This document shows positions 41,942 through 50,770 of a stretch of 50,770 nucleotides of DNA, piece after piece. The stretch is from Tubiluchus corallicola. Its lineage: Eukaryota; Animalia; Priapulida. Positions within the stretch are counted from its first letter, which is position 1; the number at the start of each line of letters is the position of its first letter. Made by a program: the position numbers and the translations under genes. The stretch covers positions 1-50,770 of the forward strand of contig JAQGDQ010001270.1 in the NCBI GenBank assembly GCA_030141605.1, in the 5' to 3' direction. The notes beneath the pieces are model-generated. The model did no database searches and was not told the origin of the DNA. It was given only the letters and a program-made list of their open reading frames with translations.

Positions 41942-42054
41942 AACAATACCTGGATTTTCAAGTCAACTTCTGAGTGAGGACATCTGGCACAATTTGTGCT
42001 GCACTTGGAAATCCGGGGGAGAACTGAAAGTGTATTTAGATGGTGACGAGTTAG
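41942..42054 (+). CDS. Pentraxin gene A exon with pentraxin signature
   Basis: WHNLCCTWKSGGELKVYLDG corresponds to WHHxCxTWxS...YxDG; TTTTCAG| and G|GTAAGT; phase 2-1. Confidence 0.9.
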
Positions 42055-42610
42055 GTAAGTGATGAAAAAAACAAGTGAACGTGCTATTTCTTCAACATGA
42101 GTTTGAGTAGACAACACAGTTTAGACAATATGGCGGACATCCTTAACGGCTGCTTGCTCATTTTAGAAATTAATTTAATAGAAAATTCGGGACAGCAAGG
42201 CTGGTACTGAAATTTTGCCCCAAGTCGTCGTTTCTTACCCAAAATAAACGCAAAATTGCTTGTATTGCATCTTTCTACTGGGTCCTATTGTTTAGATGAT
42301 TAAATAAGTACAGTTGATTAAAATATATCAACTAAAATTAGATGATATTTACAATGAGATGATTAAGCAGATTATAACACAATAACAGTTTTTGGTTAAC
42401 TGCATACAGGGGGATGCTCTAGGCTTATGGTCTGTCCCGCCCATCTCTAATGTGAATTTATAGTTGCTTATGTAATGAGCAGCTTAAACAATTATTTGTG
42501 GTGTATTAGAAAGACTATTAACCTAGTTTCAACATGATCATTATTAATTACGATATGACAAACGTACAGACTAGAAACTACATTATAGATTAGACGTTTT
42601 AACACAACGT

Positions 42611-42921
42611 GGTTATGACAATAGACAATACCTAGTTATGACAATAGGCAATACTTAGTTATGACAATAGACAATGCCCAGTTATGACAATAGAATAGAC
42701 AATACCTAGTTATAACAAAAGACAATACCTAGTTATGACAATAGACAATGCCCAGTTATGACAATAGAATAGACAATACCTAGTTATAACAATAGACAAT
42801 ACCTAGTTATGACAATAGACAATGCCCAGTTATGACAATAGACAATGCCCAGTTATGACAATAGAATAGACAATACCTAGTTATGACAACAGACCATACC
42901 TAATTATGACAATAGACAATA
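42611..42921. repeat. 23/28-bp minisatellite, about 12-13 copies
   Basis: Unit TAGTTATGACAATAGACAATACC with periodic extra AATAG. Confidence 0.92.
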
Positions 42922-43107
42922 TGACACGTACACTGATTATATTATCAATTTTTGAATGTTCAGTTTACCGTTCAATGATGTGCAAGTTTTTTTTAACAAT
43001 ATAGAGTTTTATTACATTACTATTACGTATATTGCCCATGTACTACGACGGTATTTTGGTAAATAAACTGAATTGAATTGTACTAATGGGGTCCTACTGG
43101 TTTGTAG

Positions 43108-43224
43108 GTAGCGAGACTGCTCCCATAGGTGACATTAATATCGATGGTCTTTATATCAGGAGTTACACTGGACGAATGACCGACGTGTTCATATCCTCAA
43201 CAGAGGCAACCACTGAGATGATAG
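43108..43224 (+). CDS. Pentraxin gene A penultimate exon
   Basis: GSETAPIGDINIDGLYIRSYTGRMTDVFISSTEATTEMI (equivalent of SFxGxxxxVxxW); TTTGTAG| and G|GTAATA; phase 1-1. Confidence 0.85.
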
Positions 43225-43742
43225 GTAATAAAACGTTAAATTGAATTCACCTGTACAACTTTGTCGTCATTGTTAGGGTGCTTTCATACCAGTCAGTTTT
43301 CTGCCTGACAAGAAGGCACGCTATAGATCAGGCAATCAATCAATCAAAACAAATAATAGTACAATTATGTCACTACTATTCAAGACATAAAATAAATTAT
43401 ATCATTACACAAGCACAAGAGTGAAAATTAAAATTGTCAGAATTTAAAAGAGGTTCTTTTGTAAAGAAAATTGTAAAGATTATTATTATTTGTTCTTGCT
43501 TTTTTATTAATATTTTTATTTATTTATATCACTGAAAACGCAACGATGGTCTGTGCTAATAAACAACATCTTAATATTGAATTAAATAAGTAAAATTAAA
43601 TTAAATAATTAAAAAAAACATGCATGCACATTTGAAATTGTTTAATCTGAAAATGTCATCGATTATAACGAATTAGAGTTTAACAATTTTGAATTTGATG
43701 TTGTAATTCATCCAATAATAGTTTGTCTTCTTTTTCGTTTAG

Positions 43743-44020
43743 AAACTATAAGCATGACATGTGTCAACCCCCCGGGAGACATTATTGCTTGGGAGAGTAA
43801 CAACATCCAAATCCAAAGGGATGAAATCAATTTCGTTCTCCCGTCCACTTGTGGAGATGACCCGGAGTTGTGTCTACCGGTTTCTTCTCGGAAGATTCTT
43901 GATGCCTTCAAAGCTCTGGGAGATTTGATTTTCGAACTGAAGAAACTAATAGACAAACCTCCACCCCGGTACGTCCCACACCGCCGACCCCCCAGCTATC
44001 GCCCCCACCGTCGATACTAA
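43743..44020 (+). CDS. Pentraxin gene A terminal exon (type A)
   Basis: ETISMTCVNPPGDIIAW (pentraxin C...GNxxxW end), then a Cys pair, a predicted helix and a P/R/Y/H-rich tail; CGTTTAG| acceptor, phase 1; TAA at 44018-44020. Confidence 0.85.
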
Positions 44021-44151
44021 GTGTTGACACCAGTAGAATGCTTAGTTTTTTATAGTGATAACATGCAGTATCGTGATAACATGTACCAGAGTGAATGTAT
44101 GAATGAGCATAAGCAAATTATAGTGTACAGATAAAAAAAGCGAAGTACATC

Positions 44152-44478
44152 AGCTGCCACGTTTAAATACGACGTTGCTGTGAATAAGTGAATAAGACTT
44201 AATGCGAAGCATCTCGTTTATTGAAGTAAGTAAAGTCAAAAATGTATGTAGAAACAAAAGTTCATAGAACACGCAAAATATACATATAGCACATAGAACA
44301 TATTTTGAGGACGACCTAAACTAACTTTGTCAGCTATGTGCTATATGTATATTTTGCGTGTTCTATGAACTTTTGTTTCTACATACATTTTTGACTTTAC
44401 TTACTTCAATAAACGAGATGCTTCGCATTAAGTCTTATTCACTTATTCACAGCAACGTCGTACTTAAACGTGGCAGCT
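44152..44478. repeat. 327-bp foldback palindrome (145-bp arms, 37-bp loop) in the 3' UTR region of gene A
   Basis: 44152-44296 is the reverse complement of 44334-44478, with one mismatch seen. Confidence 0.97.
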
Positions 44479-44989
44479 ATGGACAAGTCCAAATTGTTTA
44501 ACTTAATAAGCTAAGGATTTATTTTATCTTGAATGTTTTCCAATGAATCATATGTATGTGCATTTGACCTATGTTAAATGTATACATGTATGCTGAATGT
44601 ATACATGTAGTTATGTCAATCTTTTGCAGACAAATGGCATTACCTGTTAGAAATTAAAAAAAATTGCAACGCAGTATATTTAACTTTTTTATTATTTATC
44701 ATATATGATGAAATACAACGCTGCCAGAATTATATATTGTAAACTAACATTATTACCAATTATAGATACTTGTTTGTTTGAGTATATTTCATTTTGTTTA
44801 ACAAATTTACTATGAACTATTATACATCATTGAATTATAATATCCCAACTCATTCAGCTTCCTTAGTGAACTAGCCTGAACGGCTACATCAACTATATGT
44901 TAGTAATTTCGTGAAAAATATTTATGCTATATGCAAAGTTAGCTATGAGTCTATAATAAAATGATGAAATAAATAAATAAAAACAATTT

Positions 44990-45294
44990 TTAATGACGGT
45001 TAGCTATGAGCTTATAAACTTTTGCATCTAACTGTTTTAATTGCTCAGTTATCTTATCTATTAGATTAGCAGTTAACTCATTGTTATGTATCAAATAAAA
45101 ATCAAATCTTCGAGAAACTGCACTTGTTCTTCCGTTGGTGTAGTAGGGAGACACACCCCTGATTCTCCAGATGGACAGGTACTAGGAGAAATCGGTTGAG
45201 CGTTTCCTCCAAATGTCAAGTCTTCCATCCGCGAGGTCCCCCTTCCATGATACGAGGTCCCCTTCCATGTTAAAGCAAGTGGTGGCTATTTCCT
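44990..45294 (-). pseudogene. Disabled copy of paralogous pentraxin terminal exon B
   Basis: TTTCAG| acceptor then EEIATTCFNMEGDLVSW. A 13-nt insertion (local duplication) shifts frame to TAG near 45183, with a further 1-nt deletion downstream. The corrected frame ends LIDKITEQLKQLDAKVYKLIANRH*. Confidence 0.8.
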
Positions 45295-45459
45295 CTGAAA
45301 ATGCAGACGTCATATTTTAATGTAAGCACCTCAACTAAAAATGAACTTTGCTTGCATTAAAAATTCTATTTTAACAGATTTAAAGTTTCACATTTATCCA
45401 CTTGGAAACTTATTTGGATTGCAAAAGAATGCTAGCTGACCTATCATCGTTCTTGCCTG

Positions 45460-46250
45460 TATTTGATAACAACGAACTAAAAAAAAAGGTTGTTGACTGG
45501 ATGACAGCAAATGAATTATCTGTTAATTACACTAAAACTAAGTATATGTTAATCAGTAGGAACCTTTCACAATAAGACTCTTCCACTTTTGAACTCAAAA
45601 TTGGCGACATAACTCCAACACAAAGTAGTAGTATAAAATACCTTGGGTTGCATATTGACAGCAGTATGAAGTGGTCTAGCCACATTTCCTCTACAGCAAC
45701 AAAATTAAACAAAACAGCTGGTATTTTTGCAGAGTTAAGACATTTTAATGATTTGCCTGTTTTGAAAATGATCTACCATGCATTAGTCTATCCGTACCTC
45801 CAATACTGTGTGTTGTCATGGTGGCAAACAAAAAAATACTTATTACAACCACTAAAAACAGTTCAGAATAAAATAGTTAAATACATGACTTTCGCCAATT
45901 GCAGAGACCATGCAACACCATCGTACATACACCTTAGTTTATTGAAAATAGAAGATATTTATAATCTTGAAATTGTTTAATCCATGTATAAGTATAATAA
46001 CCGGCAGTTGCCTGAATTATATACTAACTACTTTACCTTAATCAAAGATGGTCACTATCACTATACTAGGTCTTCCAGTATGGGACACTATTTTCAGACA
46101 CGATTTAACACAGCATATGGCTTAAATACTTTACAGCACAATGAGTTATTTTGTGGAATAGTGTACCCAATACAATCATTTCCTCTCCCTCTTTGAAAAT
46201 AGCTACCAAACAATATAAGATATTTTTGCCTAGTAAATATTCAATGGCGT
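45460..46250 (+). mobile_element. LINE (CR1/L2-group-like) RT C-terminal remnant with stops and frameshifts
   Basis: WMTANELSVNYTKTKYMLI, KYLGLHIDSSMKWSSHI, IYHALVYPYLQYC, VQNKIVK, HYTRSS. Confidence 0.88.
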
Positions 46251-47149
46251 AGAAAACCAGAGGTTCTTTCTCTTTTTTGTGCACGTGTGTCTTTTTGCAC
46301 TAATGTTTTTCTTTTACTAATAGGTATCTTTACGACCTTTGTTACTTTATTAATAAAAGGTATAAAAGTATCAATTAAAATGAAATTATTCATTCATCGC
46401 AGCCTATATCTGTATCTGTTTCCACTTGGAAAATGCTCAGCTTATAACCAGCAAATACCGGTGATACAAAAAAATTGAATCTATTATTGTAACATTAACT
46501 TTGCGAAAGAATCACTAATATTCATATAATTTACCCACTTCCCTCACCATAGCCCATTGTTAATGGTTATGATGGCTACATTACTAGCATTATATTTAAA
46601 TGTTCTATACAATTATAGTTATTACTATAAGTATAATGTATAACTTAATCTCTTCTCCCCCACTTAAATTTGAGTATATATATATATCATTGTAAACACA
46701 AGTAAGCAATATGGTGCATTGTAATACAAGCAAGTGGTGCATTGACAGATAATCACATAATTCATATTTGTAACAATTTAAAAAAAAATTTCCTCTTTAA
46801 GGCTCGCTCAAAATCGTAATTACATATCATGTTTTCCTCTCACAGGTTTCAGGTTTATTGCTCTTATACCATTGCTATTATTGCATCATTTACTTCATCC
46901 TTATTTACATTAAGTTATCTACAAAGGCATGCATAACTATAATCATTTTTTCATTTAAGTAAGGTGAGTGTGTTAATGACCGTGTTGTCGTACACTCACC
47001 TCGCACTACTCAAATAATTTTATTTAAAGTTTATTAATGTGTATGATATTGTATTTTGATGTGTTAAAAATAAATTCATAGTTCACAGTTCATAGTTCAG
47101 GTAAATAGATCAAAATATTGCAGTCGTTTACCCGAAAATTTTGAATGCA

Positions 47150-48008
47150 AATAGGAGAGCTGGGTGTTAATGTGGATTAGTTGTGTGAATAGGAGAGCTG
47201 GGTGTTAACGTGGATCAGTTGTGTGAATAGGAGAGCTGGGTGTTAACGTGGATTAGTTGTGTGAATAGGAGAGCTGGGTGTTAACGTGGATTAGTTGTGT
47301 GAATAGGAGAGCTGGGTGTTAACGTGGATTAGTTGTGTGAATAGGAGAGCTGGGTGTTAACGTGGATCAGTTGTGTGAATAGGAGAGCTGGGTGTTAACG
47401 TGGATCAGTTGGGTGAATAGGAGAGCTGGGTGTTAACGTGGATCAGTTGTGTGAATAGGAGAGCTGAGTGTTAATGTGGATTAGTTGTGTGAATAGGAGA
47501 GCTGGGTGTTAACGTGGATCAGTTGTGTGAATAAGAGAGCTGGGTGTTAACGTGGATCAGCTGTGTGAATAGGAGAGCTGGGTGTTAACGTGGATCAGCT
47601 GTGTGAATAGCAGAGCTGGGTGTTAACGTGGATTAGGTGTGTGAATAGCAGAGCTGGGTGTTAATGTGGATCAGTTGTGTGAATAGGAGAGCTGGGTGTT
47701 AATGTGGATTAGTTGTGTGAATAGGAGAGCCGGGTGTTAACGTGGATTAGTTGTGTGAATAGGAGAGCTGGGTGTTAACGTGGATCAGTTGTGTGAATAG
47801 GAGAGCTGGGTGTTAACGTGGATCAGTTGTGTGAATAGGAGAGCTGGGTGTTAACGTGGATCAGTTGTGTGAATAGCAGAGCTTGGTGTTAACGTGGATC
47901 AGTTGTGTGAATAGGAGGAGAGCTGGGTGTTAACGTGGATCAGTTGTGTGAATAGGAGAGCTGGGTGTTAACGTGGGTCAGTTGTGTGAATAGGAGAGCT
48001 GGGTGTTA
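47150..48008. repeat. 38-bp G-rich minisatellite, about 22-23 copies, abutting the right palindrome arm
   Basis: Unit AATAGGAGAGCTGGGTGTTAACGTGGATCAGTTGTGTG, starts at 47150, 47188, etc. Confidence 0.97.
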
Positions 48009-48586
48009 GGTAAAGTAGTTAGTATATAATTCAGGCAACTGCCGGTTATTATACTTATACATGAATTTAAATAATTCAAGATTATAAATATCTTCTATTT
48101 TCAATAAACTAAGGTGTATGTAAGATGGTGTTGCATGGTCTCTGTAATTGGCAAAAGTCATATATTTAACTATTTTATTCTGAACTGTTAATAGTGGTTG
48201 TAATAAGTATTTTTTTGTTTGCCACCAAGACAACACACAGTATTGGAGGTACGGATAGACTAATGCATGGTAAATCATTTTCAAAACAGGCAAATCATTA
48301 AAATGTCTTAACTCTGCAAAAATACCAGCTGTTTTGTTTAATTTTGTTGCTGTAGAGGATATATGGGTAGACCACTTCATACTGCTGTCAATATGCAACT
48401 CAAGGTATTTTATAGTACTGCTTTGTGTTAGAGTTATGTCGCCAATTTTGAGTTCAAAAGTGGAAGAGTCTTATTGTGAAAGGTTCCTACTGATTAACAT
48501 ATACTTAGTTTTAGTGTAATTAACAGATAATTCATTTGCTGTCATCCAGTCAACAACCTTTTTTTTTAGTTCGTTGTTATCAAATA
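48008..48586 (-). mobile_element. Inverted duplicate of the LINE remnant, truncated at the minisatellite
   Basis: ORF 48006-48398 is nearly identical to 45648-46038. Confidence 0.88.
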
Positions 48587-48728
48587 CAGGCAAGAACGAT
48601 GATAGGTCAGCTAGCATTCTTTTGCAATCCAAATAAGTTTCCAAGTGGATAAATGTGAATTTTTAATGCAAGCAAAGTTCATTTTTCGTTGAGGTGCTTA
48701 CATTAAAATATGACGTCTACATTTTCAG

Positions 48729-48961
48729 AGGAAATAGCCACCACTTGCTTTAACATGGAAGGCGACCTCGTATCATGGCGGATGGAAGACCTGACATTTG
48801 GAGGAAACACTCAGCCGATTTCTCCTAGCACCTGTCTATCTGGAGAATCTGGGATGTGTCTCCCTACTACACCAACGGAAGAACAAGTGCAGTTTCTCGA
48901 AGATTTGATTTTTTATTTGATACATTACAATGAGTTAACAACTGCTAATCTAATAAGCTAA
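48729..48961 (+). CDS. Orphan paralogous pentraxin terminal exon B (open frame, C-terminally shortened)
   Basis: TTTTCAG| phase-1 acceptor. EEIATTCFNMEGDLVSW...PSTC...CLP...LEDLIFYL aligns with exon A. An approximately 50-bp deletion relative to the left copy ends it at NLIS*. Confidence 0.65.
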
Positions 48962-49463
48962 CCGTCATTAAAAATTGTTTTTATTTATTTATTTCATGAT
49001 TTTATTATAGACTCATAGCTAACTTTGCATATAGCATAAATATTTTTCACGAAATTACTAACATATAGTTGATGTAGCCGTTCAGGCTAGTTCACTAAGG
49101 AAGCTGAATGAGTCGGGATATTATAATTCAATGATGTAAATGATGTCATAGTAAATTTGTTAAACAAAATGAAATATACTCAAACAAACAAGTATCTATA
49201 ATTGGTAATAACGTTAGTTTACAATATATAATTCTGGCAGCGTTGTATTTCATCATATATGATAAATAATAAAAAAGTTAAATATACTGCGTTGCAATTT
49301 TTTTTAATTTCTTACAGGTAATGCCATTTGTCTGCAAAAGATTGACATAACTACATGTATACATTTAACATAGGTCAAATGCACATACATATGATTCATT
49401 GGAAAACATTCAAGATAAAATAAATCCTTAGCTTATTAAGTTAAACAATTTGGACTTGTCCAT

Positions 49464-49790
49464 AGCTGCCACGTTTAAATACGACGTTGCTGTGAATAAG
49501 TGAATAAGACTTAATGCGAAGCATCTCGTTTATTGAAGTAAGTAAAGTCAAAAATGTATGTAGAAACAAAAGTTCATAGAACACGCAAAATATACATATA
49601 GCACATAGCTGACAAAGTTAGTTTAGGTCGTCCTCAAAATATGTTCTATGTGCTATATGTATATTTTGCGTGTTCTATGAACTTTTGTTTCTACATACAT
49701 TTTTGACTTTACTTACTTCAATAAACGAGATGCTTCGCATTAAGTCTTATTCACTTATTCACAGCAACGTCGTATTTAAACGTGGCAGCT
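49464..49790. repeat. Second copy of the 327-bp foldback palindrome
   Basis: Same arms and loop as 44152-44478; the mismatch seen in the left copy is absent here. Confidence 0.97.
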
Positions 49791-49921
49791 GATGTACTTC
49801 GCTTTTTTTATCTGTACACTATAATTTGCTTATGCTCATTCATACATTCACTCTGGTACATGTTATCACGATACTGCATGTTATCACTATAAAAAACTAA
49901 GCATTCTACTGGTGTCAACAC

Positions 49922-50199
49922 TTAGTATCGACGGTGGGGGCGATAGCGGGGGGGTCGGCGGTGTGGGACGTACCGGGGTGGAGGTTTGTCTATTAGTTTC
50001 TTCAGTTCGAAAATCAAATCTCCCAGAGCTTTGAAGGCATCAAGAATCCTGCGAGAAGAAACCGGTAGACACAACTCCGGGTCATCTCCACAAGTGGACG
50101 GGAGAACGAAATTGATTTCATCCCTTTGGATTTGGATGTTGTTACTCTCCCAAGCAATAATGTCTCCCGGGGGGTTGAGACAAGTCATGCTTATAGTTT
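49922..50199 (-). CDS. Terminal exon of inverted copy A' of the pentraxin gene
   Basis: Intact 278-bp exon with acceptor; differs from A by V>L, K>R and S>R. Confidence 0.8.
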
Positions 50200-50717
50200 C
50201 TAAATGAAAAAGAAGACAAATTATTATTGGATGAATTACAACATCAAATTCAAAATTATTAAACTCTAATTCGTTATAATCGATGACATTTTCAGATTAA
50301 ACAATTTCAAATGTGCATGCATGTTTTTTTTAATTATTTAATTTAATTTTACTTATTTAATTCAATATTAAGATGTTGTTTATTAGCACAGACCATCGTT
50401 GCGTTTTCAGTGATATAAATAAATAAAAATATTAATAAAAAAGCAAGAACAAATAATAATAATCTTTACAATTTTCTTTACAAAAGAACCTCTTTTAAAT
50501 TCTGACAATTTTAATTTTCACTCTTGTGCTTGTGTAATGATATAATTTATTTCATGTCTTGAATAGTAGTGACATAATTGCACTATTATTTGTTTTGATT
50601 GATTGATTGCCTGATCTATAGCGTGCCTTCTTGTCAGGCAGAAAACTGACTGGTGTGAACGCGCCCTAACAATGACGACAAAGTTGTACAGGTGAATTCA
50701 ATTTAACGTTTTATTAC

Positions 50718-50770
50718 CTATCATCTCAGTGGTTGCCTCTGTTGAGGATATGAACAAGTCGGTCATTCGT
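50718..50770 (-). CDS. Partial penultimate exon of copy A' (runs off window)
   Basis: RMTDLFISSTEATTEMI followed by G|GTAATA donor. Confidence 0.8.

Larger units (their letters stand above)
43172..50770. repeat. Giant inverted duplication: left arm 43172-46038, spacer 46039-48007, right arm 48008-50770 (continues past window end)
   Basis: The reverse complement of the window end (ACGAATGACC) matches 43172; the inner junction CTTTACCT 46038 pairs with AGGTAAAG 48008. Arms are collinear with scattered SNPs and several indels. Confidence 0.97.

Noticed and set aside
47150-48008. 38-bp (and 33-bp, 24-bp) arrays as CRISPR arrays
   Set aside because: Units are head-to-tail with no unique spacers, there are no cas genes, and the context is eukaryotic.

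Overview
AT-rich, intron-containing eukaryotic (metazoan, probably marine invertebrate) genomic DNA; species not determined. Most ORF-track entries are repeat artefacts, so genes were rebuilt by hand from GT-AG exons with matching intron phases. The window looks like an innate-immune pattern-recognition cluster. (1) A minus-strand secreted PAN/Apple + pentraxin gene (4848 to 1088, incomplete at the 3' end). (2) A plus-strand Ig-domain exon that can splice in frame onto a three-exon globular C1q domain (14224-22891). (3) A plus-strand secreted divergent pentraxin gene A (38343-44020). (4) A giant inverted duplication (43172-46038 vs 48008-50770, running off the window). It creates a convergent second copy of gene A, carries two differently damaged copies of a paralogous terminal exon B, and holds a 327-bp foldback hairpin in each 3' UTR. 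The rest is decayed LINEs, MITE/SINE-like remnants, and 23-66 bp minisatellites and microsatellites. No CRISPR array, rRNA or intact tRNA was seen. All family assignments come from motif recognition, not database searches.
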